A DNA stretch of 64,000 nucleotides from Escherichia coli (GCF_003334255.1 NZ_QOWU01000025.1); one strand, 5' to 3'. Numbered from the stretch's first letter, positions 44,264 to 57,520 are shown. Made by a program: numbers and translations. Notes: generated by a model not told the origin, from the letters alone.

Positions 44264-44788
44264 ATGGCTTTGACAACCATTTCGCCGCATGATGCACAAG
44301 AATTAATCGCACGCGGCGCAAAGTTAATCGATATTCGTGATGCTGATGAATATCTTCGTGAACATATTCCTGAAGCAGATCTGGCTCCATTATCCGTGCT
44401 GGAACAGTCAGGTCTTCCGGCTAAATTACGTCACGAGCAAATTATATTCCACTGCCAGGCAGGTAAACGCACCAGTAATAATGCCGATAAATTAGCAGCG
44501 ATTGCCGCCCCCGCAGAAATCTTTTTACTCGAAGATGGGATTGATGGCTGGAAAAAAGCAGGATTGCCAGTAGCGGTAAATAAATCTCAACCCTTGCCGT
44601 TAATGCGCCAGGTGCAGATCGCTGCGGGTGGTTTAATATTAATCGGCGTTGTACTGGGTTATACCGTAAATAGCGGTTTCTTCTTATTAAGTGGCTTTGT
44701 TGGTGCCGGGTTACTGTTTGCAGGAATCAGCGGTTTTTGTGGAATGGCAAGGTTGTTAGATAAGATGCCGTGGAACCAACGAGCTTGA
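44264..44788 (+). CDS. ygaP: Membrane-anchored rhodanese (thiosulfate sulfurtransferase), 174 aa
   Basis: Rhodanese domain with active-site Cys in [10 protein letters not shown]-terminal TM segments; co-transcribed with ygaV. Confidence 0.85.
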
Positions 44789-44834
44789 GAAGCGACGCCG
44801 GACGCGCCCTAGCAGCGACATCCGGCCTCAGTAA

Positions 44835-45239
44835 TTAGATCAGGAAATCGTCGAGAGATTTACCTTCTGCCAGCGCCTGAGCAATTGGCTTCGGTGTACG
44901 GCCCTGACCGGTCCAGGTTTTAGTTTCACCGTTAACATCGGTGAATTTATATTTCGCCGGACGCGGCTGGCGTTTTTTACCAGCGCGTGGTGCAGCAGCA
45001 GAGCTATTACCCAATAACTCTTCCGGGTTAATTCCGTCAGCTTTCATCAGCTCCAGCCAGGTGCTAATTTTTTCCTGGCGCTCTGCCAGTTCACGCTGCT
45101 GCTGTTCTTCTTCTTCACGTCTTTCTTTAGTGACAACCCTGAATTTTTCGAGCATTTCTTCAAGAACGTCAATGGAGAATTCGCGAGCCATCGCACGGAG
45201 GGTGCGAATGTTATTTAAACTTTGTAACATTACGGACAT
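44835..45239 (-). CDS. stpA: H-NS paralogue StpA, 134 aa
   Basis: ORF translation [58 protein letters not shown]. Confidence 0.95.
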   Translation of the reverse strand: MSVMLQSLNNIRTLRAMAREFSIDVLEEMLEKFRVVTKERREEEEQQQRELAERQEKISTWLELMKADGINPEELLGNSSAAAPRAGKKRQPRPAKYKFTDVNGETKTWTGQGRTPKPIAQALAEGKSLDDFLI

Positions 45240-45907
45240 AATAAAGAAAACCTTTTAACGCCAAAACAAAAAAAGTATTTCGTCGCGTAGTGTAAGCGAT
45301 CACTTATTATATTTCCACAAAATTTAATCTATTTACAGTCCTGCGCGAGATTATTTCAGCTGTTATTTTCTGAAACTCTCAGAATAATTTCAAGATTATA
45401 TATTAGCCATTTTGATGAGTAATTTAGATTATTGGTGAACAGAGCGGCGCTCTCTGCTCGCTAATTCCGCAAGCCTGACAAAATCAAAGTGAATAAAAAT
45501 GCAATATAACAGAATAAAAGAAAACATCCATCACTGGTGCTTTCTGCTGTTAATGTACATTGTCTGGCATAAAAAATGCTGAAAATGACCCAGCTACTAC
45601 ATACACCGAATTCTCTACGCTTATAGCGTTACCTCACCCCCAAACTTTCATTAGTGATATTAAAGGCAAGGCCATATCTAATTGATTTAATTAAAAATAA
45701 ATCATATCGGCATGTAAAAATCCACAATGTACAAAAAACGAGCCGTTACGGAATATTTTATCTACAAAAACTGACTAAATAAAAATTTTTCACTAATTGA
45801 TTAGTCATAGCCAGCGATATACGCTATGCGAAAATGCAGATGGCAATGAGATCCACTGCTTTCATCTCCATTAACATCCCATTACGCTTTTATTAAGGAG
45901 CATTAGC

Positions 45908-46357
45908 ATGTTCTCACCGCAGTCACGCTTGCGTCATGCAGTTGCAGATACGTTCGCGATGGTTGTTTACTGTTCTGTCGTGAACATGTGTATTGAAGTT
46001 TTCCTCTCCGGAATGAGCTTCGAACAGTCTTTTTATTCCAGATTGGTAGCGATTCCGGTGAACATCTTAATTGCATGGCCATACGGTATGTACCGTGATC
46101 TGTTTATGCGCGCGGCACGCAAAGTTAGCCCGTCGGGCTGGATAAAAAATCTGGCGGATATCCTGGCTTATGTGACGTTCCAGTCACCGGTGTATGTGGC
46201 GATCTTGTTAGTGGTGGGCGCAGACTGGCATCAGATTATGGCGGCGGTCAGTTCAAACATCGTTGTTTCGATGTTGATGGGGGCGGTTTATGGCTACTTC
46301 CTCGATTATTGCCGCCGACTGTTTAAAGTCAGCCGTTACCAGCAGGTAAAAGCCTGA
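45908..46357 (+). CDS. alaE: L-alanine exporter AlaE, 149 aa
   Basis: ORF translation [46 protein letters not shown]; 4-TM small exporter. Confidence 0.85.
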   Translation: MFSPQSRLRHAVADTFAMVVYCSVVNMCIEVFLSGMSFEQSFYSRLVAIPVNILIAWPYGMYRDLFMRAARKVSPSGWIKNLADILAYVTFQSPVYVAILLVVGADWHQIMAAVSSNIVVSMLMGAVYGYFLDYCRRLFKVSRYQQVKA

Positions 46358-46393
46358 CTCTTCTTTTCGCGACTGGCATCGCCAGTCGCGTCT

Positions 46394-46738
46394 TTAACTG
46401 GCTTCGCCAAATAAACCATTCAAATAACGTTCAAGCGCAACACGCGAACTAAAGCCATGCGGGATACCGTAATGCTCGTGTCGCTCGCCTGCTAAATAGA
46501 GCGGAAATTGCTGGTAATGATCGCAAGTTTTAATATCGGAAGCGGGTTCAGCCAGTGTCGAACTGCGTTCTTTTAATGTTGGATGAATTACCAGAGCGGT
46601 ACGTCCCATTCGCGCTTCGCGATTAACATAGACATAATTTTCCCCACGGCGGTAACCATACGCTTTCTGGGTTACCACATCGACAGTAAAACCGACTTTT
46701 TCAAGTACGCGCGCCACCTCGTCTGGTCGTAAATACAT
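46394..46738 (-). CDS. ygaC: Uncharacterised protein YgaC, 114 aa
   Basis: ORF translation [53 protein letters not shown]. Confidence 0.8.
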
Positions 46739-46889
46739 ATTTGATCCTCGTTATTATCAACCGCGGGCCTACCTTACCTGATTGCGCATTCACAACGCTT
46801 TCAGAAAAGTCCATAAAGCCGCGATGAACCTTAGTTAAGAAAATTATGGTCTACACTGAAAATTACATCGAATTCTAATGGGGGATCAT

Positions 46890-47219
46890 ATGTTTAACCG
46901 ACCGAACCGCAACGACGTTGATGATGGCGTGCAGGATATCCAGAATGATGTCAATCAATTAGCTGACAGCCTCGAATCTGTATTGAAGTCCTGGGGCAGC
47001 GACGCCAAAGGGGAAGCTGAAGCCGCACGCAGTAAAGCTCAGGCATTGCTGAAAGAAACCAGGGCGCGAATGCATGGTCGTACTCGCGTCCAGCAAGCCG
47101 CGCGCGATGCCGTTGGCTGCGCGGATTCTTTTGTTCGTGAAAGACCCTGGTGTAGCGTGGGTACAGCAGCTGCGGTAGGTATTTTTATCGGCGCACTGTT
47201 AAGCATGCGCAAATCGTAG
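46890..47219 (+). CDS. ygaM: Membrane-anchored ribosome-binding protein (ElaB/YqjD/YgaM family), 109 aa
   Basis: Translation begins MFNRPNRNDVDDGVQDIQNDVNQLADSLESVLKSWGSD with C-terminal TM anchor; corrected start. Confidence 0.75.
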   Translation: MFNRPNRNDVDDGVQDIQNDVNQLADSLESVLKSWGSDAKGEAEAARSKAQALLKETRARMHGRTRVQQAARDAVGCADSFVRERPWCSVGTAAAVGIFIGALLSMRKS

Positions 47220-47248
47220 TGCAAAAATGATAATAAATACGCGTCTTT

Positions 47249-47281
47249 GACCCCGAAGCCTGTCTTCGGGGTTTCTTTTTG
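47249..47281 (+). terminator. Intrinsic terminator after ygaM
   Basis: ACCCCGAAG-CCTGTC-TTCGGGGT hairpin followed by TTTCTTTTT. Confidence 0.8.
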
Positions 47282-47340
47282 CCTGGTGAATCACAAAAAT
47301 CCCCCTACCCCGTCACGCTCATATCCAGGGTAATTTCGAC

Positions 47341-47364
47341 CACTATTTGCTATATATTGTGTGG
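47341..47364 (+). promoter_or_regulatory. Putative NrdR box in the nrdHIEF promoter
   Basis: CACTATTTGCTATATATTGTGTGG contains the TATATATTGTGT core typical of NrdR operators; position about 100 bp upstream of nrdH. Confidence 0.45.
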
Positions 47365-47466
47365 TTGAATATTTTTTCAACTACATCTAGTATCTCTGTA
47401 TCAACAGAGAGACAACCCGACGCGTATCATCGCGCCGTATCTTCATTTTAAACGGAAATACGAATC

Positions 47467-47712
47467 ATGCGCATTACTATTTACACTCGTAACGATTGCG
47501 TTCAGTGCCACGCCACCAAACGGGCGATGGAAAACCGGGGCTTTGATTTTGAAATGATTAATGTCGATCGCGTTCCTGAAGCGGCAGAAGCGTTGCGTGC
47601 TCAGGGCTTTCGTCAGTTGCCGGTAGTGATTGCTGGCGATCTTAGCTGGTCTGGTTTCCGTCCGGACATGATTAACCGTCTGCATCCAGCGCCACACGCG
47701 GCCAGTGCATGA
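47467..47712 (+). CDS. nrdH: Glutaredoxin-like protein NrdH, 81 aa
   Basis: [37 protein letters not shown] with CVQC redox motif. Confidence 0.95.
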
Positions 47713-48119
47713 GCCAGCTCGTCTACTTCTCCAGCAGCTCCGAAAACACGCAGCGTTTTATCGAACGTTTAGGTCTGCCCGCGGTGCGCATCCCGCTCAA
47801 TGAGCGGGAACGGATTCAGGTAGACGAGCCTTACATCCTGATCGTGCCCTCTTACGGCGGCGGCGGTACGGCTGGCGCGGTGCCACGACAGGTAATTCGC
47901 TTTTTAAACGACGAGCACAACCGGGCGTTGCTTCGCGGCGTTATTGCTTCTGGTAATCGCAACTTTGGTGAGGCGTATGGCCGCGCCGGAGATGTGATTG
48001 CCCGGAAATGCGGCGTGCCGTGGCTGTACCGTTTTGAACTCATGGGTACGCAAAGCGATATCGAAAACGTTCGTAAAGGAGTAACCGAATTTTGGCAACG
48101 ACAACCGCAGAATGCCTGA
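47709..48119 (+). CDS. nrdI: Flavodoxin-like NrdI, 136 aa
   Basis: [33 protein letters not shown]; overlaps nrdH stop by 4 nt. Confidence 0.95.
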
Positions 48120-50236
48120 CGCAGGAAACGATGGATTACCACGCGCTGAATGCGATGCTTAACCTCTACGATAGCGCAGGTCGCATTCAGTTCGATAAAG
48201 ACCGCCAGGCCGTTGACGCCTTTATTGCGACGCATGTGCGTCCGAACAGTGTGACCTTCAGTAGCCAGCAGCAGCGCCTGAACTGGCTGGTCAACGAAGG
48301 TTACTATGATGAAAGCGTTCTTAATCGCTACTCTCGCGACTTTGTCATTACGCTGTTTGCCCACGCACACACCAGCGGTTTTCGTTTCCAGACATTCCTC
48401 GGGGCATGGAAGTTTTACACCAGCTATACGTTGAAGACATTCGACGGTAAACGTTATCTGGAAGATTTTGCCGATCGAGTAACGATGGTGGCGCTGACGC
48501 TGGCACAAGGCGATGAGACGCTGGCGTTGCAACTGACCGATGAAATGCTGTCAGGACGCTTTCAGCCAGCCACGCCAACATTCCTCAACTGCGGTAAGCA
48601 GCAGCGCGGCGAACTGGTTTCCTGTTTTTTGCTGCGTATTGAAGACAATATGGAGTCGATTGGTCGGGCGGTAAATTCCGCACTGCAGCTGTCGAAACGC
48701 GGCGGCGGCGTAGCATTTTTGCTGTCGAATCTGCGAGAAGCGGGCGCGCCAATTAAACGTATTGAAAATCAATCTTCTGGCGTAATTCCGGTGATGAAAA
48801 TGCTGGAAGACGCATTTTCCTATGCCAACCAACTCGGCGCTCGTCAGGGGGCTGGTGCAGTCTATTTACATGCTCATCATCCCGATATTCTGCGTTTTCT
48901 CGACACGAAACGGGAAAATGCCGACGAAAAAATCCGCATTAAAACACTGTCGCTTGGCGTGGTGATCCCGGATATCACTTTCCATCTGGCAAAAGAGAAT
49001 GCGCAGATGGCGCTGTTTTCGCCTTATGACGTAGAGCGAGTTTATGGCAAGCCGTTTGCCGATGTGGCCATCAGCCAACACTATGACGAACTGGTTGCCG
49101 ATGAACGCATTCGCAAAAAATACCTCAACGCCCGTGATTTCTTCCAGCGACTGGCAGAAATCCAGTTTGAGTCCGGCTATCCCTACATCATGTATGAAGA
49201 CACGGTAAACCGTGCTAACCCTATCGCCGGGCGCATAAATATGAGTAATCTCTGCTCAGAAATTTTGCAGGTTAACAGCGCCTCAGAGTATGACGAGAAT
49301 CTCGACTATACCCGCACAGGCCATGATATTTCCTGCAATTTAGGTTCGTTGAATATTGCGCACACCATGGATTCCCCCGATTTTGCCCGCACGGTAGAGA
49401 CTGCCGTGCGCGGTTTAACGGCAGTATCAGATATGAGTCATATCCGCAGCGTGCCGTCCATCGAAGCCGGAAATGCCGCCTCGCACGCCATCGGACTGGG
49501 GCAGATGAATTTACACGGCTATCTGGCGCGAGAAGGCATCGCTTATGGTTCGCCGGAAGCACTGGATTTCACCAATCTCTATTTCTATGCCATCACCTGG
49601 CATGCACTGCGTACCTCGATGTTGCTGGCACGCGAACGCGGTGAAACCTTCGCCGGGTTCAAACAGTCACGCTATGCCAGTGGTGAATATTTTAGCCAAT
49701 ATCTGCAAGGGAACTGGCAGCCGAAAACGGCGAAAGTTGGCGAACTGTTTACCCGTAGCGGTATTACGTTACCTACCCGTGAGATGTGGGCGCAGCTGCG
49801 CGACGACGTGATGCGCTACGGCATATACAACCAGAATCTTCAGGCGGTGCCGCCAACCGGTTCTATCTCTTATATCAACCATGCTACGTCGAGTATTCAT
49901 CCGATTGTGGCGAAAGTAGAGATACGCAAAGAGGGCAAAACAGGACGCGTTTACTACCCTGCCCCGTTTATGACTAACGAGAATCTGGCGCTGTATCAGG
50001 ACGCTTACGAAATTGGCGCAGAAAAGATCATCGACACCTACGCGGAAGCGACTCGCCATGTCGATCAGGGGCTGTCGCTGACGCTTTTTTTCCCCGATAC
50101 CGCCACCACTCGCGATATCAACAAAGCGCAGATTTACGCCTGGCGCAAGGGTATCAAAACGCTCTATTACATCCGCCTGCGTCAGATGGCGCTGGAAGGC
50201 ACTGAAATTGAAGGCTGCGTCTCCTGTGCACTTTAA
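48092..50236 (+). CDS. nrdE: Class Ib ribonucleotide reductase alpha subunit, 714 aa
   Basis: [57 protein letters not shown]; overlaps nrdI 3' end. Confidence 0.95.
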
Positions 50237-51205
<969 letters not shown>

Positions 51206-51558
51206 GGGTGTTATTTTCAAAAATATCACTACCCGCAGCAGGGAAATAATTCCCGCCAAATAGCTTTTTATCACGCAAATAATTTGTGGTGATCTACACT
51301 GATACTCTGTTGCATTATTCGCCTGAAACCACAATATTCAGGCGTTTTTTCGCTATCTTTGACAAAAAATATCAACTTTCTCGATTTGCTCTCAGCCCTT
51401 ATATCACGGGAAATTCCGGCGATTTGCTCGCATCAATATTCATGCCACATTTGCCATCAGGGGTTGCCTCAGATTCTCAGTATGTTAGGGTAGAAAAAAG
51501 TGACTATTTCCATTGGGTAATATATCGACATAGACAAATAAAGGAATCTTTCTATTGC

Positions 51559-52761
51559 ATGGCAATTAAATTAGAAATTAAAAATCTTTATAAAATATTT
51601 GGCGAGCATCCACAGCGAGCGTTCAAATATATCGAACAAGGACTTTCAAAAGAACAAATTCTGGAAAAAACTGGGCTATCGCTTGGCGTAAAAGACGCCA
51701 GTCTGGCCATTGAAGAAGGCGAGATATTTGTCATCATGGGATTATCCGGCTCGGGTAAATCCACAATGGTACGCCTTCTCAATCGCCTGATTGAACCCAC
51801 CCGCGGGCAAGTGCTGATTGATGGTGTGGATATTGCCAAAATATCCGACGCCGAACTCCGTGAGGTGCGCAGAAAAAAGATTGCGATGGTCTTCCAGTCC
51901 TTTGCCTTAATGCCGCATATGACCGTGCTGGACAATACTGCGTTCGGTATGGAATTGGCCGGAATTAATGCCGAAGAACGCCGGGAAAAAGCCCTTGATG
52001 CACTGCGTCAGGTCGGGCTGGAAAATTATGCCCACAGCTACCCGGATGAACTCTCTGGCGGGATGCGTCAACGTGTGGGATTAGCCCGCGCGTTAGCGAT
52101 TAATCCGGATATATTATTAATGGACGAAGCCTTCTCGGCGCTCGATCCATTAATTCGCACCGAGATGCAGGATGAGCTGGTAAAATTACAGGCGAAACAT
52201 CAGCGCACCATTGTCTTTATTTCCCACGATCTTGATGAAGCCATGCGTATTGGCGACCGAATTGCCATTATGCAAAATGGTGAAGTGGTACAGGTCGGCA
52301 CACCGGATGAAATTCTCAATAATCCGGCGAATGATTATGTCCGTACCTTCTTCCGTGGCGTTGATATTAGTCAGGTATTCAGTGCGAAAGATATTGCCCG
52401 CCGGACACCGAATGGCTTAATTCGTAAAACCCCTGGCTTCGGCCCACGTTCGGCACTGAAATTATTGCAGGATGAAGATCGCGAATATGGCTACGTTATC
52501 GAACGCGGTAATAAGTTTGTCGGCGCAGTCTCCATCGATTCGCTTAAAACCGCGTTAACGCAGCAGCAAGGTCTTGATGCGGCGCTGATTGATGCGCCGT
52601 TAGCAGTCGATGCACAAACGCCTCTTAGCGAGTTGCTCTCTCATGTCGGACAGGCACCCTGTGCGGTGCCCGTGGTCGACGAGGACCAACAGTATGTCGG
52701 CATCATTTCGAAAGGAATGCTGCTGCGCGCTTTAGATCGTGAGGGGGTAAATAATGGCTGA
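51559..52761 (+). CDS. proV: Glycine betaine/proline ABC transporter ATPase (with tandem CBS domains), 400 aa
   Basis: Translation begins [22 protein letters not shown] preceded by AAGGAA; Walker [10 protein letters not shown]; the track ORF starting at 51286 is a 91-codon artefactual extension over the proU promoter. Confidence 0.9.
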   Translation: MAIKLEIKNLYKIFGEHPQRAFKYIEQGLSKEQILEKTGLSLGVKDASLAIEEGEIFVIMGLSGSGKSTMVRLLNRLIEPTRGQVLIDGVDIAKISDAELREVRRKKIAMVFQSFALMPHMTVLDNTAFGMELAGINAEERREKALDALRQVGLENYAHSYPDELSGGMRQRVGLARALAINPDILLMDEAFSALDPLIRTEMQDELVKLQAKHQRTIVFISHDLDEAMRIGDRIAIMQNGEVVQVGTPDEILNNPANDYVRTFFRGVDISQVFSAKDIARRTPNGLIRKTPGFGPRSALKLLQDEDREYGYVIERGNKFVGAVSIDSLKTALTQQQGLDAALIDAPLAVDAQTPLSELLSHVGQAPCAVPVVDEDQQYVGIISKGMLLRALDREGVNNG

Positions 52762-53818
52762 TCAAAATAATCCGTGGGATACCACGCCAGCGGCGGACAG
52801 TGCCGCGCAATCCGCAGACGCCTGGGGTACACCGACGACTGCACCGACTGACGGCGGTGGTGCTGACTGGCTGACCAGTACGCCTGCGCCAAACGTCGAG
52901 CATTTTAATATTCTCGATCCGTTCCATAAAACGCTGATCCCGCTCGACAGTTGGGTCACTGAAGGGATCGACTGGGTCGTTACCCATTTCCGTCCCGTCT
53001 TCCAGGGCGTGCGCGTTCCGGTTGATTATATCCTCAACGGTTTCCAGCAATTGCTGCTGGGTATGCCCGCACCGGTGGCGATTATCGTTTTCGCTCTCAT
53101 CGCCTGGCAGATTTCCGGGGTCGGAATGGGTGTGGCGACGCTGGTTTCGCTGATTGCCATCGGCGCAATCGGTGCCTGGTCGCAGGCAATGGTGACTCTG
53201 GCGCTGGTGTTAACCGCCCTGCTGTTCTGTATCGTCATCGGTTTGCCGTTGGGGATATGGCTGGCGAGAAGTCCGCGAGCGGCGAAAATTATTCGTCCAC
53301 TGCTTGATGCCATGCAGACCACGCCAGCGTTTGTTTATCTGGTGCCAATCGTCATGCTATTTGGTATCGGTAACGTGCCGGGCGTGGTGGTGACGATCAT
53401 CTTTGCTCTGCCGCCGATTATCCGTCTGACCATTCTGGGGATTAACCAGGTTCCGGCGGATCTGATTGAAGCCTCGCGCTCATTCGGTGCCAGCCCGCGC
53501 CAGATGCTGTTCAAAGTTCAGTTACCGCTGGCGATGCCGACCATTATGGCGGGCGTTAACCAGACGCTGATGCTGGCCCTTTCTATGGTGGTCATCGCCT
53601 CGATGATTGCCGTCGGCGGGTTGGGTCAGATGGTACTTCGCGGTATCGGTCGTCTGGATATGGGGCTTGCCACCGTTGGCGGCGTCGGGATTGTGATCCT
53701 CGCCATTATCCTCGATCGTCTGACGCAGGCCGTTGGGCGCGACTCACGCAGTCGCGGCAACCGTCGCTGGTACACCACTGGCCCTGTTGGTCTGCTGACC
53801 CGCCCATTCATTAAGTAA
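52754..53818 (+). CDS. proW: Glycine betaine/proline ABC transporter permease, 354 aa
   Basis: [43 protein letters not shown]; overlaps proV by 8 nt. Confidence 0.9.
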   Translation: MADQNNPWDTTPAADSAAQSADAWGTPTTAPTDGGGADWLTSTPAPNVEHFNILDPFHKTLIPLDSWVTEGIDWVVTHFRPVFQGVRVPVDYILNGFQQLLLGMPAPVAIIVFALIAWQISGVGMGVATLVSLIAIGAIGAWSQAMVTLALVLTALLFCIVIGLPLGIWLARSPRAAKIIRPLLDAMQTTPAFVYLVPIVMLFGIGNVPGVVVTIIFALPPIIRLTILGINQVPADLIEASRSFGASPRQMLFKVQLPLAMPTIMAGVNQTLMLALSMVVIASMIAVGGLGQMVLRGIGRLDMGLATVGGVGIVILAIILDRLTQAVGRDSRSRGNRRWYTTGPVGLLTRPFIK

Positions 53819-53875
53819 CTCTGCACTTGCCCGGTGACGCCGGGCATTATCACCCTGCCAAAAAAAGGAATAACA

Positions 53876-54868
53876 ATGCGACATAGCGTACTTTTTGCGA
53901 CAGCGTTTGCCACGCTTATCTCTACACAAACTTTTGCTGCCGATCTGCCGGGCAAAGGCATTACTGTTAATCCAGTTCAGAGCACCATCACTGAAGAAAC
54001 CTTCCAGACGCTGCTGGTCAGTCGTGCGCTGGAGAAATTAGGTTATACCGTCAACAAACCCAGCGAAGTAGATTACAACGTTGGCTACACCTCGCTTGCT
54101 TCCGGCGATGCAACCTTCACCGCCGTGAACTGGACGCCACTGCATGACAACATGTACGAAGCTGCCGGTGGCGATAAGAAATTTTATCGTGAAGGGGTAT
54201 TTGTTAACGGCGCGGCACAGGGTTACCTGATCGATAAGAAAACCGCCGACCAGTACAAAATCACCAACATCGCACAACTGAAAGATCCGAAGATCGCCAA
54301 ACTGTTCGATACCAACGGCGACGGAAAAGCGGATTTAACCGGTTGTAACCCTGGCTGGGGCTGCGAAGGTGCGATCAACCACCAGCTTGCCGCGTATGAA
54401 CTGACCAACACCGTGACGCATAATCAGGGGAACTACGCAGCGATGATGGCCGACACCATCAGTCGCTACAAAGAGGGCAAACCGGTGTTTTATTACACCT
54501 GGACGCCGTACTGGGTGAGTAACGAACTGAAGCCGGGCAAAGATGTCGTCTGGTTGCAGGTGCCGTTCTCCGCACTGCCGGGCGATAAAAACGCCGATAC
54601 CAAACTGCCGAATGGTGCGAATTATGGCTTCCCGGTCAGCACCATGCATATCGTTGCCAACAAAGCCTGGGCCGAGAAAAACCCGGCAGCAGCGAAACTG
54701 TTTGCCATTATGCAGTTGCCAGTGGCAGATATTAACGCCCAGAACGCCATTATGCATGACGGCAAAGCCTCAGAAGGCGATATTCAGGGACACGTTGATG
54801 GTTGGATCAAAGCCCACCAGCAGCAGTTCGATGGCTGGGTGAATGAGGCGCTGGCAGCGCAGAAGTAA
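53876..54868 (+). CDS. proX: Glycine betaine/proline periplasmic binding protein, 330 aa
   Basis: Translation begins [31 protein letters not shown] (signal peptide); corrected start. Confidence 0.9.
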
Positions 54869-54875
54869 TTTTTAT

Positions 54876-54960
54876 TCGGGCGGATAAGGCGTTTTTGCCG
54901 CATCCGCCGTTCTGTGCACAATGCCTGATGCGACGCTGGCGCGTCTTATCATGCCTACAA
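54876..54960. repeat. REP/BIME repetitive extragenic palindromes downstream of proX
   Basis: CGGGCGGATAAGGCGTTTTTGCCGCATCCGCC and TGCCTGATGCGACGCTGGCGCGTCTTATCATGCCTAC match REP units. Confidence 0.7.
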
Positions 54961-55059
54961 ACCACATCGCACATTTCAACAATCTATCTTTCATCCCATA
55001 TTCATCAACATCCGCTATTATTGATTTCCAGCTTAATCATCACCTGATGAACAAAAATA

Positions 55060-56244
55060 ATGACTAAACCTAATCATGAGCTTAGCCCGGCGCTGATCGT
55101 GCTGATGTCTATCGCCACCGGTCTGGCGGTAGCCAGTAACTATTACGCCCAGCCATTGCTCGACACCATCGCGCGTAACTTTTCCCTTTCCGCCAGTTCG
55201 GCAGGCTTTATTGTTACCGCCGCGCAGTTGGGCTATGCCGCAGGTCTACTGTTTCTTGTTCCCCTCGGTGATATGTTTGAACGCCGCCGCCTGATTGTCT
55301 CGATGACCTTACTGGCGGCATGCGGCATGTTGATTACCGCCAGCAGTCAGTCGCTGGCGATGATGATCCTCGGTACGGCATTAACCGGTTTATTCTCAGT
55401 CGTGGCACAAATTCTGGTTCCGCTGGCAGCGACGCTGGCTTCACCGGATAAACGCGGCAAAGTGGTTGGCACTATTATGAGCGGTCTGCTGTTGGGGATC
55501 TTGCTGGCACGGACAGTTGCCGGATTGCTGGCGAATCTCGGCGGCTGGCGCACCGTCTTTTGGGTTGCTTCGGTGTTAATGGCACTGATGGCGCTGGCAT
55601 TATGGCGTGGTCTGCCACAAATGAAATCAGAAACCCACCTCAACTACCCACAGTTGTTGGGTTCCGTTTTCAGTATGTTTATCAGCGATAAAATTCTGCG
55701 TACCCGCGCGTTGCTGGGCTGCCTGACCTTTGCCAATTTCAGCATTCTCTGGACCTCAATGGCCTTTTTGCTTGCCGCTCCACCTTTTAACTACAGCGAT
55801 GGTGTCATTGGTCTGTTTGGACTTGCGGGAGCTGCCGGAGCGTTGGGCGCTCGTCCGGCGGGCGGTTTTGCCGATAAGGGCAAATCGCACCACACCACAA
55901 CTTTCGGTCTGCTGCTGCTATTACTTTCATGGCTGGCGATCTGGTTTGGTCACACTTCCGTACTGGCGTTGATTATCGGAATCCTGGTGCTGGATCTCAC
56001 CGTGCAGGGCGTGCATATCACTAACCAGACGGTAATTTATCGGATACATCCTGATGCGCGCAATCGCCTGACCGCAGGTTACATGACTAGCTACTTTATT
56101 GGCGGTGCCGCCGGTTCGCTAATTTCAGCCTCAGCCTGGCAACATGGCGGTTGGGCTGGCGTTTGTCTGGCTGGCGCGACGATTGCCCTGGTTAACTTAC
56201 TGGTCTGGTGGCGAGGTTTTCATCGTCAGGAAGCCGCAAATTAA
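55060..56244 (+). CDS. ygaY: MFS-family transporter YgaY, intact 394-aa reading frame
   Basis: 12-TM-like hydrophobic profile, MFS-type motifs (GDMFERRRL); uninterrupted ORF. Confidence 0.8.
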   Translation: MTKPNHELSPALIVLMSIATGLAVASNYYAQPLLDTIARNFSLSASSAGFIVTAAQLGYAAGLLFLVPLGDMFERRRLIVSMTLLAACGMLITASSQSLAMMILGTALTGLFSVVAQILVPLAATLASPDKRGKVVGTIMSGLLLGILLARTVAGLLANLGGWRTVFWVASVLMALMALALWRGLPQMKSETHLNYPQLLGSVFSMFISDKILRTRALLGCLTFANFSILWTSMAFLLAAPPFNYSDGVIGLFGLAGAAGALGARPAGGFADKGKSHHTTTFGLLLLLLSWLAIWFGHTSVLALIIGILVLDLTVQGVHITNQTVIYRIHPDARNRLTAGYMTSYFIGGAAGSLISASAWQHGGWAGVCLAGATIALVNLLVWWRGFHRQEAAN

Positions 56245-56367
56245 GCAATCAGCAACCGTTTTCGTGGCTTTACACTTATAAGGGTGTTAAGAAGCCCATC
56301 AGTCTGATAAGGTTAAGATATTCATTCAGTCTATTTATAATATTAACAATCGTTAAGCGTACACTCT

Positions 56368-57105
56368 ATGGAAAGCCCTACTCCACAGCCTGCTCCTGGT
56401 TCGGCGACCTTCATGGAAGGATGCAAAGACAGTTTACCGATTGTTATTAGTTATATTCCGGTGGCCTTTGCGTTCGGTCTGAATGCGACCCGTCTGGGAT
56501 TCTCTCCTCTCGAAAGCGTTTTTTTCTCCTGCATCATTTATGCAGGCGCGAGCCAGTTCGTCATTACCGCGATGCTGGCAGCCGGGAGTAGTTTGTGGAT
56601 TGCTGCACTGACCGTCATGGCAATGGATGTTCGCCATGTGTTGTATGGCCCGTCACTGCGTAGCCGTATTATTCAGCGTCTGCAAAAATCGAAAACCGCC
56701 CTGTGGGCGTTTGGCCTGACGGATGAGGTTTTTGCCGCCGCAACCGCAAAACTGGTACGCAATAATCGCCGCTGGAGCGAGAACTGGATGATCGGCATTG
56801 CCTTCAGTTCATGGTCATCGTGGGTATTTGGTACGGTAATAGGGGCATTCTCCGGCAGCGGCTTGCTGCAAGGTTATCCCGCCGTTGAAGCTGCATTAGG
56901 TTTTATGCTTCCGGCACTCTTTATGAGTTTCCTGCTCGCCTCTTTCCAGCGCAAACAATCTCTTTGCGTTACCGCAGCGTTAGTTGGTGCCCTTGCAGGC
57001 GTAACGCTATTTTCTATTCCCGTCGCCATTCTGGCAGGCATTGTCTGTGGCTGCCTCACTGCGTTAATCCAGGCATTCTGGCAAGGAGCGCCCGATGAGC
57101 TATGA
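56368..57105 (+). CDS. ygaZ: Branched-chain amino acid (L-valine) exporter large subunit (AzlC family), 245 aa
   Basis: [48 protein letters not shown]; membrane protein. Confidence 0.85.
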
Positions 57106-57430
57106 GGTTCTGCTGCTTGGGTTACTAGTTGGCGTGGCGAATTATTGCTTCCGCTATTTGCCGCTGCGCCTGCGTGTGGGTAATGCCCGCCCAACCAAAC
57201 GTGGCGCGGTAGGTATTTTGCTCGACACCATTGGCATCGCCTCGATATGCGCTCTGCTGGTTGTCTCTACCGCACCAGAAGTGATGCACGATACACGCCG
57301 TTTCGTGCCCACGCTGGTCGGCTTCGCGGTACTGGGTGCCAGTTTCTATAAAACACGCAGCATTATCATCCCAACACTGCTTAGTGCGCTGGCCTATGGG
57401 CTCGCCTGGAAAGTGATGGCGATTATATAA
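57095..57430 (+). CDS. ygaH: Branched-chain amino acid (L-valine) exporter small subunit (AzlD family), 111 aa
   Basis: [29 protein letters not shown]; overlaps ygaZ by 11 nt. Confidence 0.8.
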
Positions 57431-57520
57431 CCCACAAGAATCATTTTTCTAAAACAATACATTTACTTTATTTGTCACTGTCGTTACTATATCGGCTGAA
57501 ATTAATGAGGTCATACCCAA

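Noticed and set aside
51286..51558. N-terminal 91-codon extension of proV in the ORF track
   Set aside because: Canonical ProV N-terminus ([14 protein letters not shown]) with an AAGGAA ribosome-binding site starts at 51559; the upstream part covers the promoter region and is an artefact of the longest-ORF rule. Similar artefactual extensions were trimmed for clpB, aroF, rimM, rpsP, csiD, lhgO, gabT, gabP, csiR, kbp, proX, emrA, emrB and the autotransporter.
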